A stretch of 63,617 bases of DNA, the filler included, from an uncultured Methanosarcinales archaeon (GTDB lineage Archaea; Nanobdellota; Nanobdellia; Woesearchaeales; CALCXY01): assembly GCA_964385185.1 (NCBI GenBank). It is 5 parts of 5 records of this genome, joined end to end, with 100 filler letters (N's around TTAATTAATTAA, not from the genome) between each part and the next. Parts side by side here need not be neighbours in the genome. Positions count along the whole stretch, not along the records: positions 1 to 17,074 come from CAYLOA010000025.1; positions 17,175 to 34,239 come from CAYLOA010000026.1; 3 more parts are not named here. One strand, given 5' to 3'. The notes under the pieces are model-generated. The model saw only the letters and a program-made list of their open reading frames with translations, was not told the DNA's origin and made no database searches. The translations under genes and the position numbers were made by a program. Positions 10,106 to 19,920 of the stretch are shown piece by piece. Within the stretch, counting starts at the first letter, position 1. Every line of letters starts with the position of its first letter.

Positions 10106-10191
10106 CCACTGGACTTAGTCCTTGCATTTCCAGCTAATGGTCTGGAAATGCAGAAGGACTGGGACGCTGTGCGTCCCTACAAGTCCAATGG
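10106..10191. repeat. GC-rich branched palindromic element
   Basis: Closing stem CCACTGGACTT/AAGTCCAATGG enclosing hairpins GCATTTCCAG/CTGGAAATGC and GGGACGC-TGT-GCGTCCC. Confidence 0.75.
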
Positions 10192-10252
10192 AACAGCCGT
10201 ATTCATAAAGTCTTATCTAAAACTTTAAATACTCTCAACTCAAAAACTAACC

Positions 10253-10906
10253 ATGCCTAAAACTCATAAAAAAATAAATAAAGAATATTTCCGTATTGCA
10301 ATCTTTGGTTCTGCAAGAACAAAAAGAAACGATCCTCGTTACAAAAAAGTCCACAACCTAGCCAAAGAGATTGCTGAAGAAGGGTTAGACATCGTAACAG
10401 GAGGTGGCCCAGGATTAATGGATGCAGCCTCAAGAGGACACCATAGAGGAAGAAAAAAATCAAAAATTCAAGATCCATACAGCATAGGATTAACAATAAC
10501 GCTCCCACATGAGCAGAAAGACGCATTCCATCTTGATATCAAAAAACACTTCAATCGTTTTTCTAATAGATTAGATACATTTATGGAACTATCCAACGTA
10601 GTAATAGTAACTTCTGGGGGAATTGGAACCCTCCTCGAATTAATGTATTCTTGGCAACTGCTCCAAGTGGGCCAGGTAAAAGACGTCCCTATAATACTAT
10701 TAGGAAATGAATGGAGGGGACTCCTAAAATGGATTAAAAAAGAAATGTTAGGAAAAAAATTCATCAGTAAAAAAGATTTTGATTTCATATTTATGGCAAA
10801 AAACAATAAAGAAGCAATGAAATTAATAAAAGAATTCTATGGAGATTATGTAGTAAAGCGCCATATCTCAGCAGATTTTAACCGATTTAGACTGCATAAA
10901 ATATAG
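10253..10906 (+). CDS. LOG family protein
   Basis: IFGSAR, TGGGPGLM, GGIGTLLEL. Confidence 0.9.
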   Translation: MPKTHKKINKEYFRIAIFGSARTKRNDPRYKKVHNLAKEIAEEGLDIVTGGGPGLMDAASRGHHRGRKKSKIQDPYSIGLTITLPHEQKDAFHLDIKKHFNRFSNRLDTFMELSNVVIVTSGGIGTLLELMYSWQLLQVGQVKDVPIILLGNEWRGLLKWIKKEMLGKKFISKKDFDFIFMAKNNKEAMKLIKEFYGDYVVKRHISADFNRFRLHKI

Positions 10907-10953
10907 TCTCTTGAACAAATAACTACTTAAACCACCCCATCTACCCTCAATAC

Positions 10954-12156
10954 ATGCTCCCTTTTATAAAAAAATATCAACCTACATTAGACACGATTAA
11001 AGGCCAAGATTCTGCCATTCAACAACTTACCACTTTCTTAACCAATTTTAAAAATCAAAAAAAAAAAGCATTATTTCTCTGGGGACCCTCAGGAGTCGGT
11101 AAAACTTCTTCAGCTGCTGCTTTAGCAAAACAATACAATCTAGACTTAATTGAAGTAAACGCTTCCGATGTAAGAAATAAGAATCAAATCCAAGAGCGTT
11201 TAGGAAACGCTATTCAACAACAATCCTTATTCAGCGAGGGAAAACTAATTTTAATTGACGAAATTGACGGCCTATCAGGCAGAAAAGATAGAGGGGCAGT
11301 ACCAACCATCGCAAAACTCATAGATAAAACAACTTTTCCCATCATAATTACAGCATACAATCCATATGACCAAAAATTAAACACAATCAGATCAAGATCT
11401 ATGCTAGTAGAGTACGCTGCTCTAGACTATCTTGCAATAACAGAAATACTAAAAATTATAGCAAAAGAAGAAAAAATCACCTATGATGAAACTGCAATAA
11501 AAACACTAGCAAGACGAGCAGGAGGAGATGCGAGGGCTGCTATTAATGATTTCCAAATCCTCACACAGGACAACAAACTCACAAAGGAATCCATTGAATC
11601 TCTCCATGACAGAGAAAGACAAGAAAATATCATCCAATCATTACTAAAAGTATTCAAAACAACCAATCCTCAAGTGGCGCTTCCTGCATTTGACTATGTA
11701 GCAGAAGACACCGATAAAATTCTGTTATGGATTGATGAAAACCTCCCCAAAGAATACAAAAAAAACGAAGACTTAGCAAGAGCATACGAACATCTCAGCA
11801 AAGCTGATATCTATAAAGGAAGAATTAGACGTTGGCAACACTGGAGATTTATGGTGTATATTTACCACCATTTAACGGCAGGAATAGCAACGGCAAAGGA
11901 GGAAAAATATCCAGGATTTTCCAGTTACAAACCTACTATGAGAATATTAAAAATCTGGCAAGCTAATATGAAACATGCTAAGAAGAAAGCCATCTCTAAG
12001 AAAATAGCGATACACACTCACACATCAACAAGACGTGTATTAGAATCAACATTTCCCTACTTCAAAGAAGCATTTAGATCCAACAAAGATTACGCAGAAG
12101 GCATGACAGAAACTCTAGAACTAGACAAAGACGAAGTCGCATGGCTTAAGAAATAG
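10954..12156 (+). CDS. rfcL: Replication factor C large subunit
   Basis: GPSGVGKT, EVNASD, IDEIDG, GDARAAIND, WIDEN. Confidence 0.93.
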   Translation: MLPFIKKYQPTLDTIKGQDSAIQQLTTFLTNFKNQKKKALFLWGPSGVGKTSSAAALAKQYNLDLIEVNASDVRNKNQIQERLGNAIQQQSLFSEGKLILIDEIDGLSGRKDRGAVPTIAKLIDKTTFPIIITAYNPYDQKLNTIRSRSMLVEYAALDYLAITEILKIIAKEEKITYDETAIKTLARRAGGDARAAINDFQILTQDNKLTKESIESLHDRERQENIIQSLLKVFKTTNPQVALPAFDYVAEDTDKILLWIDENLPKEYKKNEDLARAYEHLSKADIYKGRIRRWQHWRFMVYIYHHLTAGIATAKEEKYPGFSSYKPTMRILKIWQANMKHAKKKAISKKIAIHTHTSTRRVLESTFPYFKEAFRSNKDYAEGMTETLELDKDEVAWLKK

Positions 12157-12181
12157 TAAACATTAATAACTTCTTACATAA

Positions 12182-12472
12182 TCTGAAGCATATGACCACA
12201 ACACATGGTATAAAAAAGATCCTAAAGATCATAGAAGGCAAGAAAGAAAACTCTATTTCCCCAAAGTATTAGATGAAAAATACAAGGAGATCCCTAATTT
12301 TTTAATATTAGGATCATACGCTCTTATTATTGATGTCCAAGATGACGAAGTTTTCTCTCTTTTAATCCGTCACAAGAACATGGCAGATGCATTAAAAACA
12401 ATTATTAGAATAATCAATGATTCTGCTACCTTACCAGAAGGATTCAAAGAAGGACCGCCTATAAAGTTGTAA
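12182..12472 (+). pseudogene. Possible remnant of a TrmB-type C-terminal domain
   Basis: Open frame with no start near its 5' end (…FSLLIRHKNMADALKTII…). Confidence 0.3.
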
Positions 12473-13385
12473 TAGGCCTACTCTGCACTATAAACAATTC
12501 ATTATCTTCAATACACCATTCAATATCTTGAGGACTCCCATAATGTTTCTCAATAGCAACTCCCATTTCAGAAATAACCTTAAGCTCTTCTTCATTCAAA
12601 ACCTGTTCATCACTATTCTCTAATTCTTTTTCAACATTCTTCCCATTCTCAAGAAACAATCCTTTCTTCTTAGAACCAATAGTAATATCTTTAACTTCAC
12701 CTTCACGTGAAACTAAATAAGTATCAGGAGTAATCTGTCCTGCAACAACTAATTCACCGAGTCCAAAACTTCCTTCAATAACCATTTCCTTCCGATCCTT
12801 AGTAACAGGATTAACCGTAAACAAGACTCCAGCCTTAGCACTCTCTACCATTTTCTGAACCACAACAGCAATTAATACTTCATCATGCTTAAAGTTATTC
12901 TTCTCTCGGTAATAAATAGCTCGAGCAGTAAAAAGAGAAGCAAAACACTCAACAACAGCTTGTAATACATCCTTTTTTCCTTTAACATTCAAAAAAGTAC
13001 TTTGTTGTCCAGCAAAACTCGCCTCAGGTAAATCTTCTGCAGTAGCAGAGCTTCGAACAGCAACATACCCCTTTCCCAATTCTACATAACTATCAGAAAT
13101 GGCATGTTTTACTTCATTATCTAAGTTACACCCCAATATAATCTGTTGACACTCAACAGCAATCTTATCAAGCTTCTCAGAATCTTCTACATCGAGCCCT
13201 GCTAACTTACTCATAAGCTCACTCTGCACTTGAGAAACAAATTCTTGGTAAGCTTGTGCTGTAACCACAAAACCAGGAGGAACAGGGATACCAGCCTTGG
13301 ACATCTCACCCAATGAAGCCCCTTTACCACCAACTATGGAAACATCATCCTTTCCCACGTCAGCAAACCATTTTACATCTTCCAT
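12459..13385 (-). CDS. Stand-alone PEP synthase/PPDK N-terminal ATP-grasp domain
   Basis: GGKGASL, VRSSATAED, SFAGQ, PQDIEW, VQSRPIT; stops before the His domain. Confidence 0.9.
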   Translation of the reverse strand: MEDVKWFADVGKDDVSIVGGKGASLGEMSKAGIPVPPGFVVTAQAYQEFVSQVQSELMSKLAGLDVEDSEKLDKIAVECQQIILGCNLDNEVKHAISDSYVELGKGYVAVRSSATAEDLPEASFAGQQSTFLNVKGKKDVLQAVVECFASLFTARAIYYREKNNFKHDEVLIAVVVQKMVESAKAGVLFTVNPVTKDRKEMVIEGSFGLGELVVAGQITPDTYLVSREGEVKDITIGSKKKGLFLENGKNVEKELENSDEQVLNEEELKVISEMGVAIEKHYGSPQDIEWCIEDNELFIVQSRPITTL

Positions 13386-13441
13386 ATAATAGAGAATCTC
13401 CTAGGAATATAAAAAGATAATGAAAAAAAAAAGAAAAAAAA

Positions 13442-14533
13442 TTAAATAACAGCTGCAACGCCGTTATTCGCTTCTTTAACATCATATACTGCTTTTTCAA
13501 GATCTCCATTGGAATCAATAGTGATAACACCACTAAATCCTTGGTAATCTTTCACATTATACAATGCTTCTTTGACAACAACTGGGTTGGTACCAAACTC
13601 TCTAAAGATATCTGCCAAAATCATGACGTTATCATATCCTTGTTGAGTTCCAAGTGAAGCTTCAATCCCTTTTGCTTTCATTTTAGCGTCAAACTCTTCA
13701 CTAGGTGGTGTAGAAGGAACTAAAAACCTTGCACCATCTCCTGCACTAGCTGCTTGTTCCCATAGGGTATCATCTGCCCATGAGTCTCCACCAAGAACTT
13801 TAGCATCAATACCAAGTTCTTTCATTTGAGTAAGTAAAGCAACACCAGACTGAGTATAGCTTAAAATATATACAACATCTGGATCGCTGTCTTTAACTTT
13901 AGTCAACTGACTTCGTAGATCAACACTACCTTGTGCAAAATCTTCTTCAGCAACAATGTTTCCACCAATGCTTAGTAAATGTTCTTTAAAGACATTCTTC
14001 ACACCAACACACCAATCTCCTTGGCAGTTCATAATAGCAATTCTCTCTCCAGCAAGATCATTCAAAACATATTCAGCAGCAACTTTCCCTTGGAAAGCAT
14101 CGCTCGGGTAACTTCTAAAGATATAATCTCCAGAGTTAGTAATATCTGGATTACTTGATGTTGGACTAAACAGTACAACTCCAGCTTCTTCAGCAATAGG
14201 AGCAGCTCCTAGTGTTTCACCAGAACATAATCCACCCACAATAAACTTAACACCATCGATGTTAATTAATTTGTTAGCAGCGTTAGCTCCTTCTTTAGGA
14301 CTACATTGTCCATCTTCATAAATAGCTTCTAGTAATCTTCCATTAATACCGCCTTCGGCATTAATTTCTTCAATTGCTGTACCAACAGCAACTTTAATGT
14401 TTACACCTAAGAAAGCAACATCACCTGTTAAAGGCCCAATACTTCCAATCTTGATTGGTCCTTCTGCAGTTTCAGTCGCACATCCTGATAATACTACCAG
14501 TAATGCAATTCCAAGAATAATAACATGTTTCAT
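13442..14533 (-). CDS. LivJ/K-type ABC substrate-binding lipoprotein
   Basis: LSGC lipobox, IKIG…PLTG, EINAEGGING, YIFR-YPSD. Confidence 0.88.
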   Translation of the reverse strand: MKHVIILGIALLVVLSGCATETAEGPIKIGSIGPLTGDVAFLGVNIKVAVGTAIEEINAEGGINGRLLEAIYEDGQCSPKEGANAANKLINIDGVKFIVGGLCSGETLGAAPIAEEAGVVLFSPTSSNPDITNSGDYIFRSYPSDAFQGKVAAEYVLNDLAGERIAIMNCQGDWCVGVKNVFKEHLLSIGGNIVAEEDFAQGSVDLRSQLTKVKDSDPDVVYILSYTQSGVALLTQMKELGIDAKVLGGDSWADDTLWEQAASAGDGARFLVPSTPPSEEFDAKMKAKGIEASLGTQQGYDNVMILADIFREFGTNPVVVKEALYNVKDYQGFSGVITIDSNGDLEKAVYDVKEANNGVAAVI

Positions 14534-14609
14534 TGTTAACCCCCTAGCTATAAATAGCTAATAGCAACATAAAACACATAACATATATAAAATTTACTCT
14601 ATAAATCGG

Positions 14610-14810
14610 TCAAAGCGCTCGCCTTCTAAACTCTCTAAATCCACAATCTACTCCACCACATCGTTGATTATCCATTATTCTTTGATAGTCAGCACTATAT
14701 TCTTTCAAATCTTCCATATCTTTGTCTAGTTTAACACGTTTAAATCGTTGATTTCTAAACTTCAATGATACTATTTCCTTTCGTACATCTTCAGCATGTT
14801 CTCCATTCAT
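14610..14810 (-). CDS. Hypothetical protein
   Basis: 66 aa, ATGA overlap with the RHH gene. Confidence 0.5.
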   Translation of the reverse strand: MNGEHAEDVRKEIVSLKFRNQRFKRVKLDKDMEDLKEYSADYQRIMDNQRCGGVDCGFREFRRRAL

Positions 14811-14935
14811 TTTAACATCCTCCTAACTGCATATTCAATAAAATGACTCTTATTTCTAAACAAACCATCTTTGAGTTTACCATCTATAGAAGCCAATACT
14901 TTATCATCCATACTAATACTAACCTTTTTCTTCAT
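14807..14935 (-). CDS. Ribbon-helix-helix (CopG-like) protein
   Basis: MKKKVSISMD…FRNKSHFIEYAVR; GGGGAG SD. Confidence 0.75.
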   Translation of the reverse strand: MKKKVSISMDDKVLASIDGKLKDGLFRNKSHFIEYAVRRMLK

Positions 14936-14954
14936 ACATTCTCCCCAACTACAA

Positions 14955-15053
14955 AAGTAGTAAGAATTACTACTAAGTAGTAAGAACTTATATTTAAACC
15001 TATGCCAAAAAAGAACACAAAGTTTAAATACTATAACTATAACTATAGTTATA
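14955..15053. promoter_or_regulatory. Divergent promoters with operator-like palindromes
   Basis: AAGTAGTAAGAA x2 (14955, 14975); TTACTACT-A-AGTAGTAA; TATA TTTAAATA 15023-15030; perfect palindrome TATAACTATAGTTATA 15038-15053. Confidence 0.55.
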
Positions 15054-15248
15054 ATGACTACAACAATACAAATTTCGGACACAACAAAGCAACTTTTGGA
15101 AACCTTCAAGACAGAGAAAAAAACATATGATGATATTATTAGAGAATTAGCCCATAAAAAGTTAAAAATTCCAAAATCAGGATTTGGTATGACACCAGGA
15201 TTGTCATGGAATAAAGAGGAGGACAGACTAGACCTAGATGACAGATAA
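15054..15248 (+). CDS. VapB-type antitoxin
   Basis: MTTTIQIS…TYDDIIREL; overlaps PIN gene. Confidence 0.75.
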   Translation: MTTTIQISDTTKQLLETFKTEKKTYDDIIRELAHKKLKIPKSGFGMTPGLSWNKEEDRLDLDDR

Positions 15249-15624
15249 ATACGTTATAGATACTTCTGCCTGGATTGAGTATTTTAGTGGAACCAAATTG
15301 GGAAAAAAGGTACAGCCCATAATAGAAAAAGCAGAAATTGGTACATCTTTCCTAGCTATTGCTGAACTCGCTGACAAATTTACTAGATCTGGGAAAGAAA
15401 TTAAGCAACCTCTCGATATTATCAGATCAAAGGCAGCATTACTACAACTTTCCACCAATATTTGCCTCAATGCAGGGTCACTTAAGAATAAAATCAGAGA
15501 GAAAAAACCAAAATTTGGCCTTACTGACGCACTTCACCTTGCAACTGCAATCGACGAAAAAGCAATCCTTGTAACTACAGATAATGATTTTCAAGACACA
15601 GAACATGCTCTTGTAATAAATTAA
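15238..15624 (+). CDS. vapC: VapC-type PIN toxin
   Basis: VIDTSAWIEYF, IAEL, DALHLATA, LVTTDNDF. Confidence 0.88.
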   Translation: MTDKYVIDTSAWIEYFSGTKLGKKVQPIIEKAEIGTSFLAIAELADKFTRSGKEIKQPLDIIRSKAALLQLSTNICLNAGSLKNKIREKKPKFGLTDALHLATAIDEKAILVTTDNDFQDTEHALVIN

Positions 15625-15636
15625 AAATAAAAAGAA

Positions 15637-17074
15637 TTAACGATCAAACCTACCTTCATTCCGCTTTCTCACACCTGCAATCTCATCAGCATTCATTCCA
15701 GGCAACACAGGCTCAATAGGTATCGAAGTACTTCCTTTAATCCCACATATCATTTTAAAGTATTTTGTAGCAGACTCTCTCAGACGTTTTCTAGGATGTG
15801 TCAAAACTGTCGGCAAAGCCAAAAAATCCAAACATTGAAACAATTCTGGATTCTCCAACATCTCTTCAACCTGACTTTCATATAACTGTGCATCTAATCC
15901 ACCAGTCCATCCAGCATTACCTGGTGCAAAATCTTTAGTCACGTGAGGCCTTGGAATTGCTCCATATTTCTTATACATATCCTTACAAAATTTGTATGCC
16001 AATTTCAGAGTCTTTCCACTATCAGCTTTATTATGGCCAAATACCATCAATGACTCAGGAGTAACTCCTAAAACCTTACTTGTAGTAATAATAGTACTCA
16101 GACAATATTTTTCATCTTTATTATGTCCTTTACCAATTTTATTCCACAAAGCAGCAGTCATACCATCTACACCATAACCAACAGTATGAAATCCAGCTTT
16201 TACTAGGTCTTGTAAGACTTCAGGAACTCTCGTTTTTAAGTACGGAACTTGGTCTAGTATTCTCTTTTCAACTTTCTTTGGTTTTACACCTTGCAAAAGA
16301 AAAATATCTTGATCTTCCTTTTCCCATAAGTTCACATAGGATTCAACACAGGCTAAACCTCTAAGATTAATCTTAAAGCCTTCATATTTCTCCTTAAGGT
16401 CAATTACATTCTTCGCAAAAGTGTGCAATTCATCAGGTGTCTGAAATACATCTAAGTTTGACATATAGATATTCAGTTCATTGACACCAAAATCTCTCTG
16501 CTTGTTAATCAAATATTCTAATTCATCCTTCATAATACCTTGGTCTCGGTACTTTTCACCAACATTGGGCTGACCAGGCCTATTCCTATCAGCAGTACAA
16601 AAACTACAAGCTTTCGCACATCCTTGAGAAACATAAAAACTAAACTCTCTTCCCACTTTTTCTCCTTTTTCATTTACTTGAGTCAGATATTTTTCCAAAT
16701 ATCCTTGCTTATCTAATTGTTCATATGCAGGAATAAGTGAAACTTCCTCAGGTGCAGGCAATTTACTCTGATCCATTATACTAAAAGGATCATCAACCAA
16801 CTGCTCCAAAACATCACTTCGATTACCATTCAAAGCATCATCTCCAAATAACTCATGAAACTGATCTTCAGGCAATTGTTCAATAACTTATCCACCTAGA
16901 TATACTTGAGCATCTGGATACTCTTCTTTTACTTCTTTTTTTCTCCGTATAGCATCAGGAACATAAGGATGTCCTAGAAGACCGACAGCTACATGTTCAC
17001 CCACCAATTCTGCAAGCTTAATATTCTCATCATGGAACTTAACATCCACTCCAGCAGCCATTAATCGAGCTCCT
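15637..17074 (-). pseudogene. Radical SAM protein, 5'-truncated, with in-frame TAA
   Basis: CAKACSFC motif; frame open to the contig end except TAA at 16888-16890 (…VYLGG*VIEQL…). Confidence 0.7.
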
Positions 17075-17174
17075 NNNNNNNNNNNNNNNNNNNNNNNNNN
17101 NNNNNNNNNNNNNNNNNNTTAATTAATTAANNNNNNNNNNNNNNNNNNNNNNNNNNNNNNNNNNNNNNNNNNNN
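17075..17174. other. Artificial contig linker
   Basis: N-run/TTAATTAATTAA/N-run. Confidence 0.98.
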
Positions 17175-17176
17175 AT

Positions 17177-17695
17177 ATGGAATTATTGCCAGGAGCTGCA
17201 GAGGCTATACGAAAATTGAATTTGACTGAGTATTTGGTTATTATGATATCTAATCAGCCTGTTGTTGCACGAGGATTAGTTTCTATGGAAGGTTTAGATG
17301 AAATTCATAAAAAGATGGAATGGTTGCTTGGGAAAGAAGGTGCTAAATTGGATGGAATGTATTTTTGTCCCCATCATTTTGAGAAAGGTTTTCCCGAGGA
17401 AAATAAATTCTATAAGTATACTTGTTTATGTCGTAAACCAGGAACATTAATGATTGAGACTGCAGTTAAAGATTTTAATATTGAATTAGAAGGAAGTTGG
17501 ATGATTGGAGACTTTGCAGGAGATGTGTTATGTGGACAGAATGCAGGTGTAAAGACTGCAGTTATAGATGGCACTAGAAGTATTGATACAACTCATGATG
17601 GAACAAAGGTTAAGGCTGATCTTGTTGTGGAGAGTCTAAAAGTTGCAATAGATACCATACTACAACAATGCTTAAAAGATGATAAAGACTTGTGA
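17177..17695 (+). CDS. gmhB: Heptose bisphosphate phosphatase (5'-partial)
   Basis: ISNQP, CPHH, CRKP, MIGD; N-terminal DxD lost at contig edge. Confidence 0.85.
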   Translation: MELLPGAAEAIRKLNLTEYLVIMISNQPVVARGLVSMEGLDEIHKKMEWLLGKEGAKLDGMYFCPHHFEKGFPEENKFYKYTCLCRKPGTLMIETAVKDFNIELEGSWMIGDFAGDVLCGQNAGVKTAVIDGTRSIDTTHDGTKVKADLVVESLKVAIDTILQQCLKDDKDL

Positions 17696-17700
17696 ATACT

Positions 17701-18687
17701 ATGATTATTACAAGAACACCCTTCAGGATTAGTTTTGTTGGTGGAGGGAGTGATTTGGAGTCTTTTTATCGTCATCATCAAGGTTCGGTGTTGAGTACAA
17801 CGATTAACAAATTTATGTATATTAGTTCTCATAATTTCTTTGATGAAAAGAAAATACGATTAAAATATTCACAAACAGAGACAGCGAGTTCTCACGCAGA
17901 GATAAAACATCCTGTATTTCGAGAAGTTATTAAGAAATTTAACATTCCTGGAGCTGTTGAGATTAGTAGTAATGCAGATATTCCTTCAGGAACCGGACTT
18001 GGGAGTAGTAGTGCATTTACAGTGGGGTTATTACACAATCTACATTCCAAGAATGGCAGAATGGTCAGTAAAGCTCAATTAGCGAGAGAGGCTTGTGAGA
18101 TTGAGATTGAACAATTACAAGAACCTATTGGAAAACAAGATCAGTATGCAGCTGCCCATGGTGGATTGAATGTGATTAAATTTAATGCAGATGGGAGTGT
18201 TCATGTAGACCCTGTTCATCTACGAAAAGAAGTGTATAAAGGATTGCAGGAAAGGTTGTTAATGTTTTATACTGGTGAACAGAGAGATACTTCTAGTATT
18301 TTGGCTGAGCAAAAGGCAAATATGGCTCAAAAGGATAAAGTGGATATGTTGAAGCAAATGGTAGATTTAGTGGAAGATTTGAAGGATAGTTTGTATAAAA
18401 ATAATCTTCCTCAATTTGGTGAGGTCATGCATAAGAATTGGGAATTAAAGCAAAAATTGGCTAAATCAATTAGCAATCCACTGATTCAAAGTTTGTATAA
18501 TAAGGCTTTGGCTAACGGAGCAACTGGTGGAAAATTGTTAGGTGCAGGCGGTGGAGGATTTTTATTATTTTATTGTGAACCTGAAAAGCAGCAACAACTT
18601 CGGAGTGCATTACAAGATTATCGAGAGTTGAAGTTTAAGTTTGAACATGAAGGAAGTAAGATTGTCCATGTAGGAGATGAATATTAA
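17701..18687 (+). CDS. hddA: D-glycero-alpha-D-manno-heptose-7-phosphate kinase (GHMP)
   Basis: RTPFRISFVGGGSD, PSGTGLGSS, GKQDQY, GKLLGAGGGG. Confidence 0.88.
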   Translation: MIITRTPFRISFVGGGSDLESFYRHHQGSVLSTTINKFMYISSHNFFDEKKIRLKYSQTETASSHAEIKHPVFREVIKKFNIPGAVEISSNADIPSGTGLGSSSAFTVGLLHNLHSKNGRMVSKAQLAREACEIEIEQLQEPIGKQDQYAAAHGGLNVIKFNADGSVHVDPVHLRKEVYKGLQERLLMFYTGEQRDTSSILAEQKANMAQKDKVDMLKQMVDLVEDLKDSLYKNNLPQFGEVMHKNWELKQKLAKSISNPLIQSLYNKALANGATGGKLLGAGGGGFLLFYCEPEKQQQLRSALQDYRELKFKFEHEGSKIVHVGDEY

Positions 18688-19244
18688 TGACTGTTGATGG
18701 TTATTTTGATACGGTAAAGAAAACTCTTGATAGTTTGGATCGTAAAAGTATGGATTCTTTTGTTGAATTAATCTGGGATTGTTATGAACGAGAGGGCACC
18801 CTATATTTTTTTGGAAATGGTGGATCAGGGGGCAATGCTTCTCACATGTGTGGAGATATGGTGAAAGATGTGAGTAATGGTCTTGAGAAGCGGTTTAAAG
18901 TGATGTGTTTGAATGATAATGTCCCTAGTATGATGGCTGTTGCCAATGATATTTCTTACGATGATATTTTTTTGGAACCTTTAAAGAATTTTTTACAGGC
19001 TGGTGATTTAGTTGTGGGGATTAGTGGGAGTGGTAATAGTCCTAATGTTGTGAAAGCGCTTCTTTATGCTAAACAGAAAGATGTTTCTACAGTTGCTTTA
19101 TGTGGTTTTGATGGTGGAAAGATCAAAGAGATTGCAGATTTATCAGTTCATGCTCAGGTTCAAGATATGGAAGTGAGTGAAGATATTCATTCTATTATCG
19201 GACATGCTGTTAAAAAGTTGTTAATGGAGAAGTTGGGGAAATAA
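18687..19244 (+). CDS. gmhA: Phosphoheptose isomerase (SIS)
   Basis: GNGGSG, AVAND, ISGSGNSPNV, EDIH. Confidence 0.88.
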   Translation: MTVDGYFDTVKKTLDSLDRKSMDSFVELIWDCYEREGTLYFFGNGGSGGNASHMCGDMVKDVSNGLEKRFKVMCLNDNVPSMMAVANDISYDDIFLEPLKNFLQAGDLVVGISGSGNSPNVVKALLYAKQKDVSTVALCGFDGGKIKEIADLSVHAQVQDMEVSEDIHSIIGHAVKKLLMEKLGK

Positions 19245-19286
19245 GACTCCACAACACTTAAAAACCGTCATTTCTTCCCTTATACT

Positions 19287-19913
19287 ATGAATAAGAAATA
19301 TTATGCTACACGGTTTACACATGATCCTAAGAGGAAAGTTGTTTGGAAAGCTATAGCTTCCCATTTACAACAATTTGTTCCAAAGGATGGTGTTGTGTTG
19401 GATTTAGGGTGTGGATATGGTGATTTTATTAATAATATCAAAGCAGGTAAGAAACATGCACTCGATATCCATGGAGAGGTTAAGAAATATTTAGATGAAG
19501 ACGTAGAGTTTCATGTGATGGATGGAACTAAGGTTGGTGAAATTCCTGAAAATTTTGATGTGGTATTTGCTTCTAATTTCTTTGAACATTTTGATAAAAA
19601 TCAATTAAATTTGATGGTAGAAGGGATTAAGACTATTTTGAAAGAGGGTGGAAAGATTGTATTGATGCAGCCTAACTATCATTATGCATACAAAGAATAT
19701 TTCCATGATTATACACACAAAACTATTTTCTCTCATGTCAGTCTAGCTGATTTTTTAGTAGGGCATGGATTTACTATTGAGACTGTACTTAAGAAATATC
19801 TACCTTTAGAGATGAAATCACGATTACCTAAGAGTTCGTTGTTAACTCGATTGTATTTGCTTAGTCCGTTTAAGCCGTTAGCTAAACAGATGTTAATTGT
19901 GGCTCAAAAGTAA
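19287..19913 (+). CDS. Class I SAM-dependent methyltransferase
   Basis: VLDLGCGYG, FASNFFEH, DYTH. Confidence 0.85.
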   Translation: MNKKYYATRFTHDPKRKVVWKAIASHLQQFVPKDGVVLDLGCGYGDFINNIKAGKKHALDIHGEVKKYLDEDVEFHVMDGTKVGEIPENFDVVFASNFFEHFDKNQLNLMVEGIKTILKEGGKIVLMQPNYHYAYKEYFHDYTHKTIFSHVSLADFLVGHGFTIETVLKKYLPLEMKSRLPKSSLLTRLYLLSPFKPLAKQMLIVAQK

Positions 19914-19920
19914 CTTTACT

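Noticed and set aside
14544..14584. uORFs MLLLAIYS* and MLCVLCCY* upstream of the LivJ-type gene
   Set aside because: Start codons overlap or lie too close to the TATA box to be in that transcript
16888..16890. Stop-codon reassignment
   Set aside because: TAA, TAG and TGA all end ordinary genes in this window; this is an isolated case
17075..17174. TTAATTAATTAA inside N-runs (also at 34240, 49082, 59980)
   Set aside because: Artificial all-frame-stop contig linker, not biology
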